From Amoebophrya sp. A120 (taxonomy: Eukaryota > Protista > Dinoflagellata), in NCBI GenBank assembly GCA_905178155.1, contig CAJINV010000004.1, forward strand, positions 1,364,881 through 1,428,880: DNA of 64,000 nucleotides, written 5' to 3'. Made by a program: the position numbers and the translations under genes. Under the pieces are notes generated by a model that ran no database searches, was not told the DNA's origin, and saw only the letters and a program-made list of their open reading frames with translations. Shown one piece after another: positions 1 through 11,270 of this stretch (its first letter is position 1; each line of letters opens with the position of its first letter).

Positions 1-1452
1 GCACAAGGAATCTTTAGTATCTGAGCCTTTTCTTTGGGCACATCATTTTCCACTCCCAAGAACCTACCTGCGCACCAGGCAGAGGTAGTTCTTTTGACAT
101 CTGCTTCATCCGTTTTCCATATCTGCCTTTTGCGGGGGAAACAAACTGCAAAAGATTCAGAAAGGAAGCTCGCAGCACTTACGAGGTTGTGATAAAAAAA
201 ATGCTCTGCTCTGCGAATAGTGTACTAGTGACAGGCGAGATAACTTCATCTGCATCGTCTGCGCTGGGGGGGCTAGCAAGCGTAATTCTATTTTCAAGAC
301 GCTTGTTCGAGCAGGGGGATTTTGCATATGCATAGACTGCGTCAGGTTGAAGACGGAGTTGTCATTATTATTTTGTTCCAGGCACAAAAACCTAGTGACG
401 ATGGAAAAATCTCGACCGCGATGAGGAGCCGCGCAAGACTTTTTACGCAAAGCGCAAGATTTATGCAGAGCAAATTCTTTTCTATAATTTTAATTTGAAA
501 AAAAGAATTTAGTTATGCTCCCGCATTTGCCCGATAGCGCAAACGAGGGTCAACAACGTACTTAGTCTCATTCAGAAAGACAGTCGGCACAATACCATGC
601 CACCATAATATGCAGTTTGCTATTTGATATTGAATCTATGCTCGGGACGCCAGTTGTTTTTCTTTTTGCGTAGTACTCGTCTACGTCTACCTTACCCACC
701 CTACTGTAGAGCTCCCTTGCGAGTAGTAGGAAAATCTCAGATGAAAATTGAAGCCTGTGCAGATGCGTTGCTTTCTGTGGTTGGTCATGCGCCGCCTCAC
801 TCCCGAGGAGTTGAAATAGCAGCACGTCAACACAAGAAATGTGTAACAGAGTAAGTAGATGAGTCAGGGCGGGACTACTTCTATTATATATTTCTGTCCA
901 CCCGCTGATATTGCGACAACGTTCTTGAGGCCGCTCACGACCGGCGCGACACGGTTCTTTTCGATAGTTACTTAGCCGAGAAGAGAATTGGTGCAGGTTT
1001 TTATCCTTTCTCTCTTCTAGAAGTCATATTCTGTTTCGTCTGCTATGTAGGGTCTAGGGGAACATCGTCTTGTGGTTTGCTCTAATTTATTTTATCCACA
1101 TGAACAACTTGCATAGCAACCGTGAACAGTAAGATGCTCTGCCCATAAGTAGCCTAGAAAGTCGTGTGAGTCAAAATTTGTCGTACTCTACTGCATAGGC
1201 ACGGCGTCGACGATAGGTAGATGATTAGATTTTACACAACTACACCTCCCTGCACATCATCGATCCCCTGGCTCAACAACTATTGTATCTTTAATCCAAA
1301 ATGACAAATCGAAACACCCACTGTTTTTATCTCCCGAATCTAAACTTTTTGTCAATATCAGAATCAGCATCACGCAGCCATGCATAAGATAGCTCGGACG
1401 ACCACGCTCTTCATTCTTCTTCTTACTTACTACGCACCAGCGCGTCAGGCGG

Positions 1453-4312
1453 TCAGGCTATCCACAGTAAATTTCCCGTACACGTACAAATGCCGTCTCT
1501 GCATGACAAAACTTGCCTTCAATCCTAGTCTAGCATGACAAGTTGGACACTGCAAGTTAGCGAAATTTGTCATGCATTTTGTACATGTACGGGAAATTTA
1601 CATTGCATACAGGCGAAAGGGATGCTATTGAAGTACGGATGGCGCAGACACTGCTTGGCACTGAGTCTCTGCATCGGGTTATCCTGAGTAAAAATGTCCC
1701 CACACCAGAGTTGTCATGCAAATCTGCATGCCAAAAAAGTTTCTCATGCGGACCCCCACGAGAAGCATTTTCTACTCTTATTTTGGAGTTTGTGATGCTA
1801 CAATCAGCATGATTTGCCAAATCTGTGATGCTGCTGAACTAGCGAAACAGAATCACACTATGAGGGCAAACTTGTCATGCGAAACAGCGAAAGCTGGTTG
1901 ATTTGTCTAGCAGATTTCCCATCTTGACTCTGGTGTGGGTACGTTTTTACTCAGGATACGGGTCATATTTCATGATGTCTTCGATCAGATCGCAGGCCTG
2001 CATTCCCAGGGTGGTGCCCAAGTCGCGTATTTGTGGCCATCTGTGAACAAGCGGTTTGTTGTTCGATACAGAGACATCCATCACAACAACGGATAAGTAT
2101 GGAAAATGGCAAACAAATCAGACATGAAAAATTCCAAAGATAGGATTGCATCGTCCCAAACTAATATCAACAAATACGGCTTCTTTTTCCATTTCGGGAA
2201 TGTGCTCTTCATGTTGGGGAGTTCGTACATGGTCGCCCACTCCTCCTCGCTCGGGGTGCCGAGTTTCTGGAAAATTTTGAAGATCGTGTCGATTTCGCTG
2301 TCACCGGCGAAGAGCGGCTGGCCACACCCCATTTCCGCAAAAATGCAGCCGACGGACCAGAGGTCCACGGGTAACGCGTAGAGTTTTATCAACTGCACAC
2401 ACCTTCTTCGCTCCGGCGGAGTCTGGAAAGCAAAAAAGCGGCAAATGCAAAATAATCTTTGTGTGTAGTACTATTTCAGATGGTCAACTCTTTTGCAGAA
2501 AAAAATTTTGTGAAAGCTGCAGTGCCATCCAGCAAAGCACAACACTTTCTTTCATGCAACAAGGGACATTTGTTTCATCTTGTCATCCGCAAGTTTCAGC
2601 AGCGAGCGTACATTATACGCACAAGAACTTCTCACGCTCGATCTTGCAGTTCAAACTTTTACAAACTGAAACTTTATGTTTCCACAAAAGTTCTCCACAA
2701 TTATAGCATCACACCTTTCCAGACTACTCGTCCCGACGAGATGTTTTGCAATCCGTAGGTTCCTGCCCGAGCAAGATTTCCGGTGATCGGTACCAGACCG
2801 TGACAACCTCGTGGGTGTACCTGATGTGAATGTGTACTTACACTTAGTTCGTATTAATTGGATTTTCATAGTCAAATGCAAATCTGCATGACAGAGTAAA
2901 GGTAAACTGCAACTGCACTAGGATATAATGCCCCGCATCAGAAATAAAATTATCTAGTGCTGCCCCGCATCATCTAGTACTTTGGCATCGGCACGGAGTA
3001 AGTCCTGGCGAGTCCGAAATCCGCTAGCTTCAATTGGTTGTTGTGCGTTACGAGGAGGTTTTGCGGCTTCAAGTCGCGATGGATGATCCTTCTCTCGTGG
3101 CAGAAGCAAATCCCCTTCAGCATCTGCTGCACGAAACTCCTCGCAGTTTCGGAGGGTAGTGGCCCACTGCCGTTCTTGCGCATGTACCTGGTGGTAGATA
3201 ATTTGTGGTTGTTTTTTACGCAGTCGAAGATTTTCAGGCTCTTGCAGAAGCACTCGTCTGTCTAGTACGTTCCTCGCACGACTTGTTGACCTAAGAAGTG
3301 CTCCTGCGGTGCTTATTAACAAATTCGCATGTCGGTTTTGCCTAAGTGATTCGCGAATGGGTTATTCCAAATGCTGCAGTGCTTAACACTTTCGAACGAT
3401 TCTGCTTGAGTGTTTCGCACAACTTTTTTCCCAATGCATAGCGTAGCCTCAAAAAACATCTGTATTGCTATTCCTTTTCCATGCAAAGGAAACGAATTTC
3501 TAAATATCAAAAAGTCGATCAATACTTCTTGAGATCGCTATCCACGAACTCGAAGATCAGGAGCAGCTTGTTCTGCGTGCAGCACACGTCCAGAAGCTTC
3601 ACCACATTTGGGTGATCCAGCTCCTTCAAAATGGCCACTTCCCGGATCGCTGTGCTGGGCACCCCTTCCTTATGCATTGCAAAAGTATCCTCGCACTCGT
3701 ACTAATCGCAACAATGCATGACAGATCTAGCTTCTAACCTGAATCTCCAGGACAAATTGCACTCTTCTTCTTGGCAAAATTTGTCATGCGAGTTGTCATA
3801 CTAGTACGATGTACTTTTACAATGCATATTCCTCCTCATCTTGCAACTTCATGCGCTTCATCGCCACCGTCTCTCCGGTTACCGTGTTTCTATCAAAATG
3901 AAAAAAGCCCCCACCCCATATCAAATGGGAAATCTGTGATGCAGGATTTGTGTACACAAATGCGCGCTGTCTTGCAATACGGCATCGCGGCCAGATTCGC
4001 AGCCTAGGGGGGGACATTTGGGTCTAGGTGCTTAGCATTACAAACGGCTGCTCTCTAGGCCCAACAGCATGCCAAATCGCTTCCATAATGGCGCGGAAGC
4101 CTCTGCGTTTGTCTTCTTGCAAGACGGACGCGATTTGTGGTCTCAAATCAGCAAGACAAATTTTCGGAAGCATGCCTTTTCGATATGGGGAGGGGGGATT
4201 TTTCCTCTCAATAGTTTCGCACCCGAAACACCTCGCCGTACGTCCCCTCCCCGAGCGGATTCCGGTCCAGCTTGCTGTACTTTTGCTCGAAGCTGGTACT
4301 GGAGGACGCCAT
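1453..4312 (-). CDS. CDK1: Cyclin-dependent kinase, PSTAIRE class (CDK1/cdc2-like), multi-exon
   Basis: Joined exons give [68 protein letters not shown]...HRDLKPQN...DFGLAR...[18 protein letters not shown]...[12 protein letters not shown]...[17 protein letters not shown]; 3 GT-AG introns and 5 TIR introns. Confidence 0.96.
1459..1609. mobile_element. TIR introner (family H)
   Basis: TAT...ATA ends, TIR core GTAAATTTCCCGTACA, TSD CAGGC; interrupts the CDK stop codon. Confidence 0.85.
1680..1958. mobile_element. TIR introner (family A)
   Basis: TIR TATCCTGAGTAAAAA.GT.CCCACACCAGAG, TSD CGGGT; removal gives KYDP|MQRLSA. Confidence 0.93.
2387..2757. mobile_element. Degenerate TIR introner (B-like)
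   Basis: TATCAACTGCA...TGCAATCCGTA ends, GTCTGGAA/TTCCAGAC remnants, decayed TSD AGTTT/GGTTC; removal plus 5 nt joins LLGQ to YALPVD. Confidence 0.7.
3671..3828. mobile_element. TIR introner (family G)
   Basis: TATGCATTGCAAAAGTA...TACTTTTACAATGCATA, TSD TTCCT; removal gives DEEE|GVPSTAIRE. Confidence 0.9.
3891..4213. mobile_element. TIR introner (family C)
   Basis: TATCAAAATGAAAAAAGCCCCCACCCC...GGGGAGGGGGGATTTTTCCTCTCAATA, TSD GTTTC; removal gives VRN|TVTGE. Confidence 0.92.
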
Positions 4313-4644
4313 CTTTAAATATTGCTTTCTAGCAGGAGGATGAAGCCCGTTTGTTCTTCTTGTTTCAGACTACACTTACTTCGGTCTTCTACGGAAGAAG
4401 TTTTATTCACTCTTGCTTGTAGTTCAACCGGAGGAGAATCTGCGCCACTGTTTCCGTGATAGAGTTTGTTGCAGCGGCGTGCCGTGACAAAAAGTAGAGA
4501 CGATGCTCCTGTCGGAAAGTAATTATTTATAGCTTGTCAGCTTCTCTTCCGTGGTTTGCCGGCCGGGGTGGTCGTCGCAGCTGCTAGTACAGGAGGCGTA
4601 CCAAACATCATGTTCGAGAAACGCAAGATGCAACGGCAGAACTT

Positions 4645-5289
4645 TTATATCAAGTGCGGCCGGGGGTAGTTGCTACTAGTGTTCGTCCTGGTCGTGGTTC
4701 TTGCAGTGGTAGTTCTTCCACTAGTGCTCGCAGTAGAGGAGGTCTTCTCGTCTTCAGTGTAGTTGATGCGTCTCCCCAAAAATCTACTTCGGTCCTCCAC
4801 CCCCGGAACTGCTGCACCAGGCATAATACTCAGAACTGGCTGTACTATCTGCCAAAGATTCGGAGTAGAACCGGCAAGAACGGAGATCCGCTTCAACAAA
4901 AATTTCTCGGTGTTGTTGGGGCCCCCGCTGCAAAGTACTAGAGCCTTCTTCTGTGAGGACAGTGTTGCCTTTCCACCTCCAATTTGTACCAAAACTGCTT
5001 CTATTTCCTCTTTTACAAAACGGCTACAGGTGGTGATTTTCGTTTTTGCGCTCGATGAAAATGGTGGAAATGGCTGGTGCGCCGGTGGTCGCTTTTTGAA
5101 AATGGAATGAGGTCGGCCGCGATCTCGCATCAAATAAAGCTGGGGAATATCAACCAGAGCTAGGAAAAGCCGAGAGTGGATTTGTCTTGAAAACACAAAA
5201 TAATTAACGATTGTTCTTGATGTGAAAATACAAGTAGCGCTATTTGATGTGCTTGCAGTATGCACAGCGGCTCTCCTGAAGAACATGCT
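4645..5289 (-). CDS. Hypothetical protein
   Basis: Open frame of over 200 codons on the same strand as its neighbours; no recognisable domain. Confidence 0.35.
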   Translation of the reverse strand, partial: SMFFRRAAVHTASTSNSATCIFTSRTIVNYFVFSRQIHSRLFLALVDIPQLYLMRDRGRPHSIFKKRPPAHQPFPPFSSSAKTKITTCSRFVKEEIEAVLVQIGGGKATLSSQKKALVLCSGGPNNTEKFLLKRISVLAGSTPNLWQIVQPVLSIMPGAAVPGVEDRSRFLGRRINYTEDEKTSSTASTSGRTTTARTTTRTNTSSNYPRPHLI

Positions 5290-5729
5290 CCCTCTAGTAC
5301 TACTGCTCTCAGGCAAGCAAATTGAGACGCTCGGATGTAGTTGACTCGGTCAAAAGTATAAATACACGCACGGTGTTGACAAACTAAATCTACGTACAAC
5401 CTGTAAAAAAAAGAAATCTACTACTCCCAGCTAGCGGTGACGGAAACAGAGAGATGCAGTAGACTAACGGAAGCCGCTGACAGGCACTGTGAGTCGTGAC
5501 GATCAAAGCTTTGGAAGAGGTTTTTAATTAGCAGGCTACACTACTGCAGCTTCAGATGAACATCGAAACGACGCCCTGTAGAAGTTGCCCTCTTGCTCAC
5601 TTGTACCAGGGGGACCAAAATTGATAGACGGCCTCCCCGTCAGATAGTCGGCTCGTCTCATGTACACATTTATTGGGAACTACCTCAGTATGTTATATTG
5701 CATGGAAAATAAAATGCGCGTTTTACATA

Positions 5730-8700
5730 TTAGGTGGTCGCAAACAAGATCCACACTACGCTCAGCCCGCTCGCGCAGATCAGAAAACTCGTTTGCATAT
5801 CACGATGCAAACATGTCTGGGTCCTCTGGTAACATGTTGTGACGCTGATTGGATATTTTTACTCAGTGGAAACCGGTCGAGCATGACAAGTTTTTGAGTT
5901 ATTTCTAGGCGTTCTTCTTGCTTACATACTACACTAACTATGATCATGAAACACTCCGCTTCATTGCGCATGACAGACTTGAGATTTACGCTAGCCGAGC
6001 ATGACAAGAAGAACCCGCGCAACAGTGTTCCAGACCCAGAACGAATAATTTTTGCAGCGGATATTGTAACACCACGCCAGAAGACCTCAGGTTTGAAAAC
6101 GCACCGCTCCGCAGTACCGCGAGCTGCTTTGCGCCGTCTACGGTCGTGATCTTCGTTTGCGCCCGGATCTCCCGGAGCTGCGCGTATGGATTGTAAAAAT
6201 GTCTGGGTCTGGAAGATGGCAACTTGTGATGCGGCATTTGGATTCCAAAAAAATCTGTATTGCATGAGTAGCAAAGGGAATGCAATTCTTGCTTCGCTGA
6301 GAAGGCACTTGTCATGCGGAATAGGCATCAAGAAGCCCTCAAAAAATCTGTGTTGCTAGGGTATGCAGCACAGACGTCATGGCTCATGCAAAACGTGCAT
6401 GACAAGTGTCAGAAACTTCCAGACCCAGACATTTTTGCATTTGATAGCGCGAAATTTACTGCCAGTTCAAAAACCGCGCCCCTCTGCTCGTCCGCAACGT
6501 AGATCGCTCCGCGGGCCGGGTCGGCGGCGCAGCCTATGACAGTGCACAACTTCTCCCCCTCCCCCTCATTTGTCATGCAAAATGCCCTATCCAGGCTGTG
6601 CCTCTTGGCACCGTTTGCATAACAAGTTCTGGCAGCCCAAATAGCACTACAATCCCGTGCAAATTTGTCACGCAAAACCTGCATTCTCGCTGGCGCTTGT
6701 ATTTCCGCTATACAAATGAGAACGAGGGGGAGTTGTGCACCGTCATACAGCCGGCGGCGTTCATAAAGCCGTTGTTGATCAACCTCCACTGGTCGTTTGG
6801 GTTGCGCTATCGAAAGAAAGAAGAAACACTGTGTTGGTACAAAAGAACTCTCTGAAGATGTTCTTGCAAACACAGAAGTGCAAGATGTACAGTCAGGCCA
6901 GCCAACCACGATAGCCTCTTTTCGGATTTCACATAGTAGTGACGCATGACAAGTTTTTTGTGTCATGCAGGACAAATTTACGATGCTGTCAACCCAAAAA
7001 AGTTACACTAACACTATAATTTTTTTCTGGGATAGGAGCGCATCCTTTGGCACGGCAAAAACGGGGGTATGGACGGCAAAATTCATTTCTCATAGTCAAA
7101 AAGTGACGAATCCTTGGAACTGACAAGTGTCAGTGTCTAGTAGAAAACTACTGAGTGCTGACTTGGTGCTTTTCTGCGCTGGGCCCGTCGGTGTTGCCGG
7201 TAATAAATTCTCGTGGTCGTGGTGTACTTTTTGCATAATACAAACGTACACAGGTGCTTGGTGGCACGATTCTGTTTTTGAAAAAATTACTTACTCGCGA
7301 CATTGCACATAGAAAACTTCTGCGAGCAAACATCCCTCCTTGACTCATTCAATGAATCCATCGCGGTCTGATACTCTGTGCCACCGGTGTAGAAAACGAA
7401 GTCGGGCGTGACGCACACCCCGTTTGTCACGACCACATTCTTCGACAACTGCCGCGGATAACTGATTTTGGTTTGTGCATAAAGTAGTTCATAAAAGGCA
7501 TTCAACAAGTGTTCAAAATTCATTTCCGCGCAGCTCCATATCGCACTAATACTTTGAAGATGTTGACGCCTGCAAAAGAACAACAAGCGGGCGGAGGAGT
7601 AGTTACTATTGCAGAACAAAAAAATCGCAAAACCCCTCCCGTTCATCTTCTTCATCCTACCTGGTCTGCGTCAAGCTGAGGACTTTCGCCGGCGCTTTCA
7701 CCGCGGACCCCGACGCCTTTCCGGTCGCGTGGTTTCCCCAGTACACATAGAGCGCGTCCGTGGTCAGTACCCGCGGCGCGTTTACGTTGAAATTGTTGCT
7801 GTATCAAATGCCAAAGTGTCTGGGTCTGGAAGGTTGGAACTTCTGATGCTAACTTTGGACTCTGAAAAAATCTGTATTGCATGACCAGCAAGAGGAGTCT
7901 CGTTTGTGCTACGCGGGGAGGGCGTTTGTCATGCGGAGTAGGCATCGGGAAGCCCTCTAAAAATCTGTGACGCTAGGTCGTGCATTACAGACATCCTGGG
8001 CCATGCAAAACATACACGACAAGTCACAGAATCTTCCAGACCCAGACTACACTTTTGCATTTGATATGCTGTACAGCTGCTCCGGTTTTTTTCGATCGGT
8101 GTAGGGCAGCTTCGTGATGGAGCCCCCGTTTTCGTTCGGGGATCGAAAAGAAAAGCGCCCCAGTGCGGAGAGAACGACTGGTGGGTTTTTGTCATTCACA
8201 TTCTGTATTGCGAAATAATCTTTTTGCGAAAACATCTACCTCCTTGCAAGTAGGTATCAGCCGCAAGAACAGGAATGGTCCTCGTCCCAGAATTGGTTAT
8301 AACACCAGCGCACTGTGTTCTGCAAATGCGTAAACGCTAACGCAGTAGACTTCATCTCGGCAATAATAAAATTTATGCGGTTGTCATTCTACAGCTGTGT
8401 GGCAAGATACCTAGATTCTGACAAGCAAGATGGGTCGCATTCGTTTCATGCAAGAAGTTATTTTTTCCCATGTAAATGTACACAAACCTAGACGGCTGCG
8501 CAGGCATTTCTCACTTTCAAGGGCACTTTTCAGTTTGATATGGAGTAGTACACGTTCTGTGCGTTGTCGACCGCGATCCCCCCGACGTCTAAACCTTGGG
8601 CCACCGGCTGGAGTCCGCGAGCTGCGGTCAACTCATCCCCATTTGCGAGGAGCTCGTACTTGTACAAGTCTTGTGTTGTTGCGTCCCAAACGTAGAGCCA

Positions 8701-9006
8701 GTGGTTCACGGTGTCCGACCAGAGCGCCATCGACCGGGGTCGGTCTAGATCTGCTACCAACGGCAGAGGCTCGCTCCCCGGATCCTGGTCCAGCTGCGTG
8801 CTGTCCAGTTGCGAATGCGTGATGGATTCATCGAAGCTGGGCAACAGCGAGTAGAAAATTTTGTTCTGTGTGTCGCTGCGGGTCAGCAGAAAACCGCGGG
8901 ACCGGGCGGGGGTCGGGAAAAAGGCGACGATTAAACAAATCCACAGATGACCCAGGCACTGTTGGTGGGCGAAGGGTCGAGTGCGAAAATTTTTCGGTGG
9001 CGCCAT
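5730..9006 (-). CDS. Secreted/surface beta-propeller-like protein (NHL/TolB-like repeats) with hydrophobic C-terminus, multi-exon
   Basis: N-terminal signal-like stretch (LWICLIVAFFPTPARS); blade-like motifs LYVWD, GGIAVD..NVYY, LYVYWG, AIYVAD; ends TSFLICASGLSVVWILFATT*. Confidence 0.7.
5798..6063. mobile_element. Degenerate TIR introner (family B)
   Basis: TATCACGATGCAAACATGTCTGGG...CCAGACCCAGA...GCGGATA, TSD TTGCA/TTGTA; frame restored. Confidence 0.75.
6185..6446. mobile_element. TIR introner (family B)
   Basis: TIR ...AAATGTCTGGGTCTGGAAG / CTTCCAGACCCAGACATTTTTGCATTTGATA, TSD GCGCG; removal gives NFA|QLRE. Confidence 0.92.
6535..6747. mobile_element. TIR introner (family I)
   Basis: TATGACAGTGCACAACT...AGTTGTGCACCGTCATA, TSD CAGCC; removal gives AAG|CAAD. 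Confidence 0.88.
6808..7034. mobile_element. Highly degenerate TIR introner
   Basis: TATC...GATA ends, weak TIR, flanks TGCGC/GGAGC; removal plus 5 nt keeps the frame. Confidence 0.5.
7802..8066. mobile_element. TIR introner (family B)
   Basis: Family B TIRs, TSD TGCTG; removal gives LYS|NNFNV. Confidence 0.92.
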
Positions 9007-9957
9007 CGTTTTTCCTGTGTGATCACAGGTGTACTTCTCGAAAGCCAACAAGAAAGCAAACGACAACAACAAGTTCGCTGATAATCTCTCGCCTGCTGCT
9101 TGACACGTCTCTCACCAGCCCCGTTTTTTCATCAACGTCAACATGTTTCACCGCTCCTCACGAGATTGAGCTGCGAAGGTCCCCAATAAGACCAACCCAC
9201 CAATCCTCCCCGCCCCCGCGGCTCGCGAACTCTGCTGTGGGCTGTGGGAGGTGCGCTCATGCGTCCTGCAACAACCCGCTCTATACACAACTAGCGTGAA
9301 GATCAGTGGTAAAAGATAGAAGTCATTCCGGATTTGGTGGTTGTATCTGGCTCAAGTAATCTGGTGCCAGACCTGCTCCTGGTACTCTCTTGCAAATTTA
9401 AAACAAACTACTCACCTGAACACACACAGCTCGACACGACGCTGCGAAGGCAAAGCTGACACTGTTCACAAGAACGGGGCTGCAGAGCAGCGATCTTTTT
9501 TTTTTGGTTTTCTAACTAGCTCTTCTTTGAGCTTAGTTATTTTACATCGGATTCAACTACAGCCTGTTTTGGACTATAGTTTGGCTTCCGACAAAGAATC
9601 TCGTCCAAACAAACATTGGCAATGCGTGGCTATTGTCAACATACTGTCCGGGGAGCAAGGTACGCACTTCCTATCTTCTCAAGCGCTGGCCTGGAAAGAA
9701 TGCTATGTGCAGTCACAACGAAAAAGCAGCGAAGAGGCGGCGCCCCAAACACTCGGCTAGGTGCGGTTTCATTTTTCTACACCAAAAAAACCGTAGCCGA
9801 CTGACGGCACCCGGTAACAACAGCATCAGCATCTGACGAATATTGATGCTAGACGAGATGCGTGCAAAGAATGCTGCTAAACTACAAGTGGCGACACTAA
9901 TTGCAATTCCAAAAGATAGGTGAACGTCGTTAAATTGACATTTGCTTCGGAGAGCTT

Positions 9958-10680
9958 TCAGGGCGAGGCCGCAATCAACCGCGGGCCCCAGCGCTGCTGT
10001 CGGTTTACCGGTGTCCCCTCATTTGGGGGCGTCGGGAACTCCTTCCGCACGGCTTTGCGGATGCTTTCCGCGGTTTCGGCGATCTTCTCTCTGCAGTCAT
10101 CAGTTTCATTATTCTCCCACTGGCATTTCGGATCGGCGGTGCGGCCGAAGATGCAACACGCTGCCGCGGCGTCGGGTCCTCCATGTGCCGCGGGGACGGG
10201 ATTATTGCCAGGTAGCCCGGGAATTGTGCCGGCGGCGGCGACGAGGATGCAGTGTGTGGCCGTCTGGTGGGGTATCCCGCAAAAGTACCCGTGCGAAGTC
10301 TGCAAGGCAGACGCCGCGGCAGACGTATCTGATTAAAAGAAGCAAAAGCTGACACTTGTTCCAATAAAGAGACGCCATTCATGCAACTTCTTTCAACAGA
10401 CACGAATTGAGAACACAAACCATCTTCAGACAGCAACTGCGAGAGGATGTCATGAATACCGTCTTCGGCATCAGCAGTGGACACATCGGTGCCTTCCGTC
10501 TCCCCCTCGGGGGTCAGGGTGAATCCACCCCCCCCCCCCCGGTCTCCTTCGACTGCTCGTACGCGGAAGCGCCCAGGATGCTTCCCAGGTCGGCACCAAC
10601 GGCCAGGGCTCCGACGCAACCGCGCTTCACGATGCCATAGGAGCCCGAGGCGCATTTCTTCTCCGCCTTGTTCTGGGTAA
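9958..10680 (-). CDS. Hypothetical protein (exon structure uncertain)
   Basis: Two GC-rich exon-like blocks with open minus-strand frames; no domain recognised. Confidence 0.3.
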
Positions 10681-11270
10681 CAGACATCTTTTCTTGGAAG
10701 AGAACTGCTTTGTCGTTAATTTTTCCCCTCTCAGTAGTATACTTTCAAAAATTCCTAGAGGATACCAGGAAAACATTTATCTTTTGGGCCAGCTGCTCGA
10801 GGAGCGCTGGGAAAAGGATGAGGGCGAGATAGAGCTTGCCCGGGATTCGTACATGTTCAATCAAACGTGTCGGGTGCAGCTTTAATTCAATCGCAGTCTA
10901 CGAGGAGGGGCCTCTCTACACCTGAGTTTCTCTCACTTTGTTTCCCGCGCTCACGCTCTGCTGTTTTACGTATGGAGATAACGACGGCGATGCTTTGCGA
11001 CCTGTGTAGATTGTACTAAATCTAATTTTGGTCCTAGACCCCCTTCCGACGAGTACGAACAATTTATACGAAGCGAATTTGCTTGACGTGAAGCTATTTG
11101 ATTCTGTTTTCTTTCACGAAGAGGGTCCAAGCCTAGTACTTGAGAACAGTTGCGATCGTAGCTTCATCCTTTGTGCTCTTTATTCGCTGTATTCAGACAA
11201 CGCAAAAGCAGCAGACGAGGGCTCCAGAACAACGAAAGGCTACGACCAAAGGACAACTGCAGCAAGACAC

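Noticed and set aside
9341-9800. Dinoflagellate spliced-leader relics (TGGCTCAAG, CCGTAGCC; also CATTTTGGCT on the minus strand near 44310)
   Set aside because: Only 8-10 nt fragments, scattered and not upstream of a same-strand start
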